A stretch of DNA of 64,000 nucleotides from Flavobacteriales bacterium (lineage in GTDB: Bacteria > Bacteroidota > Bacteroidia > Flavobacteriales_F > PHOS-HE28): NCBI GenBank assembly GCA_016715895.1, contig JADJXH010000004.1:287522-351521 (forward strand). Reading direction: 5' to 3'. Shown here one piece after another: positions 10,215 to 19,071 of this stretch. The notes under the pieces are model-generated. The model saw only the letters and a list, made by a program, of their open reading frames with translations. It ran no database searches and was not told the origin of the DNA. Position 1 is the first letter of the stretch; each line of letters begins with the position of its first letter. The translations under genes and the position numbers were made by a program.

Positions 10215-11144
10215 TTACAGCGTGGCCTTGACGCCCGTGCGATAGTCCGTGGGGCGCACGTTCAGCGCCCGCTCCAACTTGCTGCTGTCGAAGCGGTAGT
10301 CGTGCTCGAACTGGTACATCATCTCCTTGTTCTCGCGCAGCACGGGCATGACCAGGCCCATCAGCGAGAGCATCCAACCCGGTGCCACCTGGATCGCGTA
10401 GGGCTTGCCGGCCAGCTCACAGGCCATGCGCACGAACTGCTCGCCGGTCATGTCCTCTTTGCTGGTGAGCGCATGCCACACCTGTCCGTAGGCGGAAGGC
10501 GTATTGCCCAGCAGCGCCACGCTCCTACCAGCATCCGGCGTGTAGGTGAAGGTGTGCACGGCCTTGGCATTGCCCACCCACTGCGGGGTCTTGCCCGCCC
10601 GCAGCCGCTCGAACACCGTGGCGTGGGTGAGGCTCAGGGTCGCGTTCGGTCCGTAGAAGTCGGCCGCCCGGATGATCATGGCCTGCAGCTCGCCACGCTT
10701 CACCTCGTCCATCAAGGTGGTGGCGATGCGGGCCCGCACTTCCCCTTTCCGGCTGCAGGGGTTGTAGGGCGTGTCCTCGGCCATCACGCCGTCCACCCGG
10801 CCGTAGGCGTAAACGTTATCGAAGAAGACCAGCTTTGCGACGTGGCGCTTGCAGGCATCGATGGTGTTGCGCATGACCCGCGGCCATTGGTCGGCCCACA
10901 CGTTGGCATCGTACTTAAGCCCGGCCACCAGGTAGGCGACGTCGCTGCCCTTCACGGCCTCGCTCAAGGCATTGGCATCCAGCAGATCGGCGGAGAACAG
11001 CTCATCGGTGGCGTTCACCTGCTTCGGGTGGCGGCTCACCTGACGGACCTTGTCCGTGTACTGGGGTAGGAGCATGGAAAGTTCGTTGCCGATGACGCCG
11101 TTGGCGCCGAGGATGGTCTGCATGGCCGTGCGTTTGAGGCTCAC
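10215..11144 (-). CDS. NAD(P)-dependent epimerase/dehydratase (SDR) family protein
   Basis: N-terminal Rossmann motif 'ILGANGVIGNEL'. Overall SDR/NmrA-like length and composition. Sits between the Moco genes and the NAP-like gene. Confidence 0.6.
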   Translation of the reverse strand: MSLKRTAMQTILGANGVIGNELSMLLPQYTDKVRQVSRHPKQVNATDELFSADLLDANALSEAVKGSDVAYLVAGLKYDANVWADQWPRVMRNTIDACKRHVAKLVFFDNVYAYGRVDGVMAEDTPYNPCSRKGEVRARIATTLMDEVKRGELQAMIIRAADFYGPNATLSLTHATVFERLRAGKTPQWVGNAKAVHTFTYTPDAGRSVALLGNTPSAYGQVWHALTSKEDMTGEQFVRMACELAGKPYAIQVAPGWMLSLMGLVMPVLRENKEMMYQFEHDYRFDSSKLERALNVRPTDYRTGVKATL

Positions 11145-11213
11145 AAGCTAGGATCGCCCCAGGCGCATCGCCCAACCGTTCCTGTAATTGACAGTGGATG
11201 GATCACACCCTGA

Positions 11214-12131
11214 TCACATCCCATGCCTGAACGCATGTTCCTGCACCTTCACCACATGAAGCACGAACGGAAAAAGCGCATCCATCGTCTCCTGCGCCCC
11301 ACGCGTGGATCCCGGCAGGGTGATCACCAGCGTTCTTCCGATCATGCCGGCGATGCCCCGGCTCATCATCGCCCAGGGCATGCGCTCCTGGCCATAGCTG
11401 CGCGCGGCCTCCATGATACCGGGTACCTCCCGGTCCATCAGGGGTGCGATGGCCTCGGGCGTGCGGTCGCGGGGCGAGAGGCCCGTGCCGCCTGTGGTGA
11501 GGATGAGGTCCAGGCCCTCGGTTGACCATGCGTTCACCCTGTTGGCGATCTGCTCAGGCTCGTCAGCGCACACGGCCTGCACGGGCACCTCAACACCCAG
11601 CTGCGCCAAGCGTTCCACGATCGCCGCGCCCGCCTTGTCCTCCTTCTTCCCACCGGCCACCCCATCGCTGATCACCAGCACGGCCGCCTTCACGGGCGTG
11701 TCGAAGCGGTCCTTCCAGTCGCTCTTGCCGCCCTTCTTCTCCAGCAGCCGGATGCCCGCGATCACCACGCCCTTGTCGATGGGCTTGAGCATGTCGTAGA
11801 TGGTGAGGGCCGCCACGCTGGCACCGTGCATGGCCTCCACCTCCACCCCGGTGCGGTAGATGGTGCGCACCCGCATGGTGACGACGATCTCCATCGCCCC
11901 CACCTCGAACGTGCACGCCGCATGCTCGATGGGCAGCGGATGGCAATCGGGGATCAGCTCGTGGGTCTTCTTTACGCCGAACAAGGCCGCCACGCGGGCG
12001 CTCTCCAGCACATCGCCCTTGGGCACCTGCTTCCCGATAACTGCGGCGATCGTCGCAGAATTGGAAACGGTCACCAGCGCGGTCGCCGTGGCCTCGCGCA
12101 GGGTGGTGGGCTTGTGGGTGATGTCGATCAT
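11214..12131 (-). CDS. moaC: Bifunctional MoaC (cyclic pyranopterin monophosphate synthase) / MogA-MoaB-like molybdopterin adenylyltransferase fusion
   Basis: N-terminal half has MoaC motifs 'KGDVLESARVAALFGVKKTHELIPDCHPLP...TGVEVEAMHGASVAALTIYDMLK'. C-terminal half has MogA/MoaB motifs 'AAVLVISDGVAGG...LILTTGGTGLSPRD...LPGSTRGAQE'. Start placed at the internal ATG (MIDITHK); the ORF track begins 23 codons earlier. Confidence 0.8.
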   Translation of the reverse strand: MIDITHKPTTLREATATALVTVSNSATIAAVIGKQVPKGDVLESARVAALFGVKKTHELIPDCHPLPIEHAACTFEVGAMEIVVTMRVRTIYRTGVEVEAMHGASVAALTIYDMLKPIDKGVVIAGIRLLEKKGGKSDWKDRFDTPVKAAVLVISDGVAGGKKEDKAGAAIVERLAQLGVEVPVQAVCADEPEQIANRVNAWSTEGLDLILTTGGTGLSPRDRTPEAIAPLMDREVPGIMEAARSYGQERMPWAMMSRGIAGMIGRTLVITLPGSTRGAQETMDALFPFVLHVVKVQEHAFRHGM

Positions 12132-12212
12132 GAATGCAGGCGAATAGCGAATGGTCATTGGAGAATGGAACCAGGATCGGCACCATTCGCTAATCGCCAA
12201 TGACCATTCACC

Positions 12213-12716
12213 CTATCCATTGGATTTCCAAATATGCCCACCACCCTCCACGATCTCCTTCCCGAAGATGGGCAGCTCGGCCTTGATGCGGTCCACCACC
12301 CAGGCCACGGCCTCGCGCGCGGCAGCACGATGCGGTGCGCTGGCGAAGACCATGAAGCACAGCTCGCCGGCCTTGATGGTGCCCAGGCTGTGGTGCACAT
12401 GCAGACAGGTGATGTCCGGCCATCGGGCGAAGGCCACCTCGCGGATGTCCGTCATGCGCTCCAGGGCCATGTCCCTGTATGCGGTGTACTCGATGGCGAC
12501 CACCGTTGCCGCAGGCGGATGACCATCCGCCCCTGCAACGTGGTCCGCGCGCACCTGGCCCAGGAAGATCTCGTGGGCACCGATGTCCGTGCGGGTGGCA
12601 TGCCTGGCGATGCTCGTGGCGATGAAGGCCGGTTCGATCGGCCCCTCCACGAAGATGTCCCGCTTCTTATGCGCGGATCTTGTCGCCTCGGGATCCATCG
12701 GTGTCATCTGTGCCAT
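12213..12716 (-). CDS. moaE: Molybdopterin synthase catalytic subunit MoaE
   Basis: 'LHVHHSLGTIKAGELCFMVFASAPHRAAAREA' matches the MoaE signature region. About 160 aa. Immediately downstream of moaD. Confidence 0.8.
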   Translation of the reverse strand: MAQMTPMDPEATRSAHKKRDIFVEGPIEPAFIATSIARHATRTDIGAHEIFLGQVRADHVAGADGHPPAATVVAIEYTAYRDMALERMTDIREVAFARWPDITCLHVHHSLGTIKAGELCFMVFASAPHRAAAREAVAWVVDRIKAELPIFGKEIVEGGGHIWKSNG

Positions 12717-12723
12717 CTGCGGA

Positions 12724-12948
12724 TCAACCTCCGGCGAACGGGGGCAGCACGGCGATCTCCTCGGTGCCTGTGAGGGGCATGTCGCCGTGCTGGATCCTCC
12801 GGTCCACGGCGATCGCGTAGCTCAACGCGGCCAGGCCTTCGATGCGCTCCGCCAGCCGGTCCTTCAGTTCGCTCGTGCTGCTGGCGGACAGCTCGATCCT
12901 GTGCGTACCCGCGCGTTCCGCGATCAGTCCGAAGAGCAGCACCTCCAT
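12724..12948 (-). CDS. moaD: Molybdopterin synthase sulfur-carrier subunit MoaD
   Basis: 74-aa product 'MEVLLFGLIAERAG...IAVLPPFAGG' with a C-terminal Gly-Gly. Start trimmed from the ORF-track start to the internal ATG. Confidence 0.75.
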   Translation of the reverse strand: MEVLLFGLIAERAGTHRIELSASSTSELKDRLAERIEGLAALSYAIAVDRRIQHGDMPLTGTEEIAVLPPFAGG

Positions 12949-12952
12949 GGGC

Positions 12953-13519
12953 TCAAAGATCGGCCGGCGTATTGATGTTGCGGAAAAGATCGGGCGGCCA
13001 GCCCCCACGCCCCGGGGTCACGTCCACGGAAGCCCACCGGACCCGCTCCAGCGCATCGGTGAGCTTCAGGTCGCCGGCGTCGGCCGCCTGCTCGAACGGC
13101 GACAGGCACCTGAGGTGGTACGCCGCCGCGAGCGGCTCGATGCCGCGATCGTGCACGGGCACCGCCGCATCCACGGATGCGTCGCAATGGGCCTTCAAGC
13201 GAAGGATCAGGCGGTCGTTCACCGCAGGCATGTCGCAGGCCAGGGCGATGATGCGGCCATAGCGGCTGCGTTCAAGCGCCGTGATCAGACCGCCCAGCGG
13301 GCCCAGACCGGGGCGGCGGTCGCCGATGGTGCGGGCATGCGGATGACCATGCCGGTCGACATCACCGATGATGAGCAGCTCCCGCGCATGCGGGCGCAGC
13401 AGCTCCACCGCACGGTCCAGCAGCGTCGACCCGTCCAGTTCGATCAGGGCCTTGTCCGTGCCCATGCGGCGGCTGCGGCCGCCGGCCAGCACCACACCGG
13501 TCCAGGTCCGATCGTTCAT
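12953..13519 (-). CDS. mobA: Molybdenum cofactor guanylyltransferase MobA
   Basis: 'GVVLAGGRSRRMGTDKALIELDGSTLLDRAVELL' nucleotidyltransferase fold motif. Start at the ATG (MNDRTW) overlapping the moeA stop (ATGA). Confidence 0.8.
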   Translation of the reverse strand: MNDRTWTGVVLAGGRSRRMGTDKALIELDGSTLLDRAVELLRPHARELLIIGDVDRHGHPHARTIGDRRPGLGPLGGLITALERSRYGRIIALACDMPAVNDRLILRLKAHCDASVDAAVPVHDRGIEPLAAAYHLRCLSPFEQAADAGDLKLTDALERVRWASVDVTPGRGGWPPDLFRNINTPADL

Positions 13520-14691
13520 GGCAGGGGACGGATCACGCGCACGCGGTCGCCGCTGTTGAGGCGGGTCCGCGCGGCCTCCAGGTGACACAGGACGGCGCCG
13601 CCCACCAGGCCGCCGAGCAGATGGGAGCCTTCATCCGGCAGCAGCTCCACCCGGCCGTCGCGCACGCGCGCCGCGCGGAACTCGTCGCGTTCGCCCTTGC
13701 GCTCCACGGATCCAGCCAGGGGCAGCAGCTCTTCCGCAGGACCGGGATGGCGGGCACCCTGCAGCGCGCGGAGGAAGCCGCGCACATACACCTCGAAGAG
13801 CACCAGCACCGCGCGGGGGTTGCCCGGCAGCCCGATCACGGGCGTTCCGTCCAACGTGGCGAAGAGCATCGGCTTGCCCGGTTTCTGGCGAACACCGTGG
13901 AAGTGGAGCGTGGCGCCCAAGTGCTCCAGCACGGGCCGCAGCAGGTCGTGCTCCCCTACGGAGGCTCCGCCGGTGGTGAGCACCAGGTCAGCTCCGGCAC
14001 AAGCCGTTCGGAGCGCTTCGCACAAACCGTCACGATCATCCTGCACGGCGATGGGGGGCGAGGCCATGGGCGCGCCCACCTCCTGAAGCGCCGCCTGGAG
14101 CATCACCTCATTGCTGCTGTGGATCCGCCCTTCGGCGGCGCCATCGAGCGTGATGAACTCACCCCCGGTGCGGACCACGGCCACCCGTGGTCGTCGAGCC
14201 ACGGTCACCGAACGGATCCCCGACGAGGCCAGCAGACCGATGGCGGCGGGGTCCAGGCGGTCGCCGCGATGCAGCAGCAGGTCGCCCTCGCGATAGCCCT
14301 CGGCACGGCGACGGATGTTGGCGCCGGGCGTGGGAGGTCCGACCAAGGTGCGGACCTGCCCGGCGGTCTCATCGCAACGCTCCTGCATCAGGACGGCCAC
14401 CGCGCCTTCGGGCACGCAGGCGCCCGTGAAGATGCGCGCGCACTCGTCCGCACCGATGGGCCGGTCCAGCGTGTCCCCCGCGGCTACGGTGCCGATGCGT
14501 CTCCAAGGGCCCGGGCCGGAGCCCACGGCGTAGCCGTCCACCGCGCTCATGTCGAACCGCGGAAAGGCATCGGTGGCCACGACATCCGCGCACAGGAAGC
14601 GACCCACGGCACCGGACAGGGGTGCGACCTCCGCGGGAAGTGCGCGGACATGCCGCATCAGCGTGGCCCGGGCCTCCTGTACGTCGATCAT
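13516..14691 (-). CDS. moeA: Molybdopterin molybdotransferase MoeA
   Basis: 391 aa from 'MIDVQEARATL'. MoeA motifs 'DMSAVDGYAV', 'LVLTTGGASVGEHDLL', 'GLPGNPRAVLV'. The upstream extension in the ORF track is rejected. Confidence 0.85.
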   Translation of the reverse strand: MIDVQEARATLMRHVRALPAEVAPLSGAVGRFLCADVVATDAFPRFDMSAVDGYAVGSGPGPWRRIGTVAAGDTLDRPIGADECARIFTGACVPEGAVAVLMQERCDETAGQVRTLVGPPTPGANIRRRAEGYREGDLLLHRGDRLDPAAIGLLASSGIRSVTVARRPRVAVVRTGGEFITLDGAAEGRIHSSNEVMLQAALQEVGAPMASPPIAVQDDRDGLCEALRTACAGADLVLTTGGASVGEHDLLRPVLEHLGATLHFHGVRQKPGKPMLFATLDGTPVIGLPGNPRAVLVLFEVYVRGFLRALQGARHPGPAEELLPLAGSVERKGERDEFRAARVRDGRVELLPDEGSHLLGGLVGGAVLCHLEAARTRLNSGDRVRVIRPLP

Positions 14692-15443
14692 GCCATCAGC
14701 AGCTTGGTGGAGGCGAGCAGAAGAACGGCGCCCAGCACCTGCCGCAGCCGGAGGTCGGGCAGCACGCGGGCACCCAGTGTACTGCCGATCAGCGCACCGG
14801 CCAGCGCGGCGAAAAGCCAACCGATGTGCAGGCCGGCCGGCGGGCCGACGGCGTGAAGCCCGACGAGCCCTGCGGCGCTGTTCACCAGGATGAAGGGTGC
14901 ACTGACCGCGGCGGTGCGATGGGCATCGCCCCAACGCAGCAACAGAATGGCCGGGCTCAGCAGCACGCCGCCGCCGATCCCGACGAGGCCGGAGACCAGA
15001 CCGATGGCCGCACCGAGGACGGGCGCACCCAGCGGATGAACGCGGCGCAGCGCAGTGGCCGGCGCTCCGAACACGCCCAGGAGGCGCAAGGCCGCCAGCA
15101 GCAGGCAGAACGCCAGAAGGCGCTCGTAGGTCTCCGCCTCCAGGGTGATCCGCGCTCCGAGGTAGGCCATCGGTACGGACAGGAGCGCGAAGGGCAGGAA
15201 GAGGCGCCATGTGAAGTGGCCGGCACGCGCGTATTGGACCGTGGCCACGGCGCTCACCAGCAGATTGAGCCACAGCGCGGCGGGGCGCATGTCCGCCGGG
15301 GCCTGCCCCATCAGGGCCATCAGCGCCAGGTAACCGCTGGCCCCACCGTGGCCCACGGAGGCGTACAGCAGGGCGATGATGGCGATGCCAAGGGCAGCGG
15401 GCATGGCGGTCAGGTCGGCTGCGGTGGCGCGAACCGGGTCCAT
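14688..15443 (-). CDS. TauE/SafE-family (sulfite exporter-like) integral membrane protein embedded in the Moco operon
   Basis: Seven to eight hydrophobic helices. Duplicated 'GxGGGxxxxP' TauE signature: 'VGHGGASGYLALMALMG' and 'LVGIGGGVLLSPAILLL'. An alternative start (MPAALG, 15404) would remove the 34-nt overlap with moeB. Confidence 0.65.
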   Translation of the reverse strand: MDPVRATAADLTAMPAALGIAIIALLYASVGHGGASGYLALMALMGQAPADMRPAALWLNLLVSAVATVQYARAGHFTWRLFLPFALLSVPMAYLGARITLEAETYERLLAFCLLLAALRLLGVFGAPATALRRVHPLGAPVLGAAIGLVSGLVGIGGGVLLSPAILLLRWGDAHRTAAVSAPFILVNSAAGLVGLHAVGPPAGLHIGWLFAALAGALIGSTLGARVLPDLRLRQVLGAVLLLASTKLLMA

Positions 15444-16078
15444 CGGCTCCCCGCGTACAGGTCCAGGGCACCGTTCTCCACAGGTCGACCGGCCATGAGG
15501 TCGCCCACCCGTTGCTGCATGCATGCGCCCACGGCCTCCAGAACCTCCAACGGCACCTGGCGCATGTCGCACTCGTCCTGCCCCGGACCCGGCCGTCCGG
15601 CGAACACCTGCACACGCGTAAGCGACGGATCGCCTTGACCGTCCGGCGCATGCAGCACCAGCACCTGGCCCTCGCTCCCATGCACGGCTCCGCTGACGAG
15701 GGGGATCCGATGTTCCATGCATACCCGATCGATCAGGGTCCGCGCATGCACATCGTCCGTGCAGTCCACCACGATGCTGTGCTGCTCGACCAGGTTCGGC
15801 AGCGAGTCCGCGTCAGCGAAGGCGTCCACCACGTCGATGAGGGTGCCCGGCATGGCCTGGCGCAGCCATGCGGCGGCCACGGCCACCTTGGGCCGTCCCA
15901 GGTCCACCGGCGCGAAGAGCGGCTGGCGCTCCAGGTTGTGCGGCTCCACCCGGTCGCCGTCGACCAAGGTGAGTCGCCGGACCGGCAGCCGGGCACAGCG
16001 TTCCAACAGCGCATGGCCCAACCCGCCGATGCCGATCACCAGCACAGTGGACCGGAGCGGTGGAGCCGTGGAGCGCAT
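15410..16078 (-). CDS. moeB: ThiF/MoeB-family E1-like adenylyltransferase (MoaD/ThiS activating)
   Basis: 'VLVIGIGGLGHALLERCARLPVRRLTLVDGDRVEPHNLERQPLF' is a Rossmann ATP-binding signature. No rhodanese domain. Start uncertain (ATGs at 16078, 16108, 16147). Confidence 0.75.
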   Translation of the reverse strand: MRSTAPPLRSTVLVIGIGGLGHALLERCARLPVRRLTLVDGDRVEPHNLERQPLFAPVDLGRPKVAVAAAWLRQAMPGTLIDVVDAFADADSLPNLVEQHSIVVDCTDDVHARTLIDRVCMEHRIPLVSGAVHGSEGQVLVLHAPDGQGDPSLTRVQVFAGRPGPGQDECDMRQVPLEVLEAVGACMQQRVGDLMAGRPVENGALDLYAGSRWTRFAPPQPT

Positions 16079-16165
16079 GCCGCCAAAGTAAGCCGACGGA
16101 ACAGGCATCAAACGAAGGAGCCTCCGGCGCGCGGCCGGAGGCTCCATTCACTCAATGACGATCGA

Positions 16166-18979
16166 TCAGCGCACCGTCAAGCGGGTCACGCGCTGGCGAT
16201 CGGCGGAGGCGAGGCGGACGATGTACTGTCCTGCGGCCAGATCGCTCACATCGAAGGTGAGGCGTCCCGCGTTGCCGGCACCGCCCACACTGCGCACCAC
16301 ACGACCGCTGAGGTCGGAGACCTCGACGGTGACGCGGGCTTCGCTGGCGGGGAACACCACGGCCACGGACTCATCGGCCGGGTTGGGCATCAGCTGAAGT
16401 GCATCCGCACCATCGTTCTCCCCGATGCCCACGGAGCTCACGGTGACGATGGCCTCGGTGCGCGGGCTGGCGCAGTCCACGCCGAAGGCCTCCACCTGCC
16501 AGTCGTAGAAGAAGTAATAGTACTGCAGGGCGTTCTGCCCACCGATGTTGGTGCCGGTGATGGCGCCGAGGGTGCCCAGGGCGTAGGGGTACGTGGGATT
16601 GCTGCCGAGGCCGTCCCGCCACAGGTTCGGCGTGCCCACGCAGCGCAGGGCATAGTTCCCGGGGCCCGGCACTTCCAGGCCGAGGGTCACCACCTGAGTG
16701 CCGGTGGGGATGTTGGGCGTGACGCTGGCCACCGTGCTGTTGTCGCTCATGTCGATCACCGAGATGGTGCGCACACCGGCGGTGTTGGAGTAGACCTTCA
16801 CCGTGTTGATGGTGAAGCGCTCATACGCATCGAACAGCAGGTAGAAGCCATCGTTCTGGTGGTACTGACCGCTGGTGGTGTTGTCCACACGGCCTCCGCT
16901 GGCCGCGCCACCTCCGAAGGTGTTCACATCCTCGGCCCAGAAGCTGGTGGTGCTGTTCACGAAGGGCGTCGTCCACGTGTTGCCGCCGCCCAGTGCGGTG
17001 CCGCCGGAAGGCAGATCGTACCAGGTGATGGCCGCGCCCGTGGCACTGATATCGGCCGTACCCGGTCCCAGGATCGTGGCGCCCGTGGTGGCCGGTGCAT
17101 CAGGCGTGTCGATCACCTCCAGTTCCACAGGGGCGGAGGTGAAGTTGCCACAAAGACCGGCCACGGTCACCGTGATCGGTCCGTCCGCTGTGGCCTGCAC
17201 CGTCTGCGTGGTGGCGCCGTTGCTCCACGTGTAGCCGTTCGCCGGCGAACAGGTCAACTCCACCGCACCTCCCTCACAGAAGGTGGTCTCGCCGTTCACC
17301 GTCACTGTCGGCGTCTCATCGGGGTTCTCGGTGACGGTCACCGAGGCCTGGCTCCAGCAGCCCGTACCATCATCGATGGTCACCGTGTAGGTACCCCCTG
17401 CGGTGACGTCGATGCTCTGGGTGGTGGCGTTGGTGCTCCAGGTGTACTGGAAGCCGGGGTTCGCCGTGAGCGTCAGCGGGGTTCCGCCTGCGCAAACGAC
17501 CAGATCCCCACCCGCCGCGATCTCGGCCACCGGCGCGATGCAGATGCCTTCGAGGAGGGTGATGGTCTGGTCCGCGTCGATGTCGGTGTAGCTGTCCACC
17601 TCACCGCTGGGCCATTGCACGACCAGGCTGTCCACCTCGGTGATGGAACCGAGGCCGAAGTGGAGGGTGGCGCTGTTCACCACACCATAGCTCTCGCCGC
17701 TGCGCACCTCGCGCACCTGGATGCCCCAGGGGCCCCAGATCTTCACCTTGGCACCGATGGCCTCCTTGTTGCTCTGCACGCCCACCAGATCGATGTCCAG
17801 CCAGTGGTTCCCGTTCGGGGTGTTCATCCACAGCCGGTCGGGGAAGCTGGGGTCGCCGTCCACATAGGCATCCCCATAGCTGGCGTACACGTCCGTGAAC
17901 CCGTCCTCGTTGAGGTCGCCGAAGGCGAAGCTCAGCATGTTCTTGCCGGACGGGAACATGGAGGGCACCTCGGTGAACGTGCCGTCCCCGTTGCCCTTGA
18001 AGTAGTAGTCCGCCGAGCCGGTCATGATGTCCAGCCAGCCGTCATTGTCCAGGTCGCGGAACAGGCCCTGCAGGAAGAAGCCGGTGTAGGAGTCCAGGCC
18101 GCTGCCCGCCGTGACGTTCACGTAGTTGTTCGTGCCGTCGTTCTCGAACAGCATCAGCGTGGTGCTGTGGGTGGTGCTGAAGGCGTCGAGGTCGCCGTCG
18201 TTGTCGTAATCGCCGAAGTCGGTGGTCCACACCTGCTCGCGGTTCTGAAGACCGTAGTTGATGGCCAGGTCGGTGTAGTTGTTGTTGCCGTCGTTCACGA
18301 ACAGGCGGTCCCAGCGCCGGGGGTCGTTCGGGTTGTTCACGCCCTGGCGGCAGTGGCTGATGTGCAGGTCGATGTCGCCGTCGTCATCGAAATCGGTGAA
18401 CACGCTCGCGTAGTTCCCGCTCATGTCCGAGGCCGGGTTCGTGTTCCAGTCGATGAAGTTGCCATCGTAGAGCAGGTTCCCCGTGCCGTCGTTCATCCAG
18501 ATGTTGTTCGGACCCACATCGTTGCAGGCGTACAGATCGGCCCAGCCATCCCCGTTCATGTCGGCGATGCTCACACCCTGGTGGAAGATGGTGGGACCAT
18601 TGAGGTCGACGAGCTGGGACACGCCGCGCGAGGTGATGCGCAGGTACCGCGTGACGGACACGCCGCTCATGATGTCCTTGTGGCCGCTGCGGTCCATGTC
18701 CGCGATGGCCCAACCCCATTGGTTGCTGCCGTCCACCACCCCGTAATCGATCGTGGTGAAGGAGTGGTCGGGGTTCTGGTACAGGATGTACACATGCTTG
18801 CTCATGTCGAGCTGCACGATGTCATCCAGCCCGTCGAAGTCCATGTCCACCACGGCCATGCAACCTCCGCTGCTTGCGTTGTGCGACAGGTTGGTCGACT
18901 GGTTGGTGAACACGGGCTGCGCAAAAAGCCCGGTCGCGGACAACAGGAGCGCCGCCGCGGATGAGTAACGATGGACCAT
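16166..18979 (-). CDS. FG-GAP/VCBS (CRTAC1/ASPIC-UnbV-like) repeat protein with PKD-like modules and a type-A T9SS C-terminal sorting domain
   Basis: Signal peptide. Repeated 'DxDxDGxxD' FG-GAP calcium-binding loops (DFDDDGDIDL, DYDNDGDLDA, DLDNDGWLDI, DLNEDGFTDV). ASPIC/UnbV-like 'LWMNTPNGNHWLDIDLVGVQSNKEAIGAKV'. C-terminus 'LMPNPADESVAVVF...VEVSDLSGRVV...LAAGQYIVRL' is a canonical Por_Secre_tail. Confidence 0.8.
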   Translation of the reverse strand: MVHRYSSAAALLLSATGLFAQPVFTNQSTNLSHNASSGGCMAVVDMDFDGLDDIVQLDMSKHVYILYQNPDHSFTTIDYGVVDGSNQWGWAIADMDRSGHKDIMSGVSVTRYLRITSRGVSQLVDLNGPTIFHQGVSIADMNGDGWADLYACNDVGPNNIWMNDGTGNLLYDGNFIDWNTNPASDMSGNYASVFTDFDDDGDIDLHISHCRQGVNNPNDPRRWDRLFVNDGNNNYTDLAINYGLQNREQVWTTDFGDYDNDGDLDAFSTTHSTTLMLFENDGTNNYVNVTAGSGLDSYTGFFLQGLFRDLDNDGWLDIMTGSADYYFKGNGDGTFTEVPSMFPSGKNMLSFAFGDLNEDGFTDVYASYGDAYVDGDPSFPDRLWMNTPNGNHWLDIDLVGVQSNKEAIGAKVKIWGPWGIQVREVRSGESYGVVNSATLHFGLGSITEVDSLVVQWPSGEVDSYTDIDADQTITLLEGICIAPVAEIAAGGDLVVCAGGTPLTLTANPGFQYTWSTNATTQSIDVTAGGTYTVTIDDGTGCWSQASVTVTENPDETPTVTVNGETTFCEGGAVELTCSPANGYTWSNGATTQTVQATADGPITVTVAGLCGNFTSAPVELEVIDTPDAPATTGATILGPGTADISATGAAITWYDLPSGGTALGGGNTWTTPFVNSTTSFWAEDVNTFGGGAASGGRVDNTTSGQYHQNDGFYLLFDAYERFTINTVKVYSNTAGVRTISVIDMSDNSTVASVTPNIPTGTQVVTLGLEVPGPGNYALRCVGTPNLWRDGLGSNPTYPYALGTLGAITGTNIGGQNALQYYYFFYDWQVEAFGVDCASPRTEAIVTVSSVGIGENDGADALQLMPNPADESVAVVFPASEARVTVEVSDLSGRVVRSVGGAGNAGRLTFDVSDLAAGQYIVRLASADRQRVTRLTVR

Positions 18980-19071
18980 GTGAATGTTCGTGGTTGGGTG
19001 GTTCGGTTCCTTGCGGATCCCCCAAAGCTAGGCGGCTACCGCAGGCCGGACAACTGATCGTTGGCAGGTGC

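Noticed and set aside
15512-18964. 1,150-aa plus-strand ORF antisense to the FG-GAP T9SS protein
   Set aside because: Low-complexity Gly/Ala/Arg/Val composition with no motifs. The opposite strand carries convincing FG-GAP and Por_Secre_tail domains.
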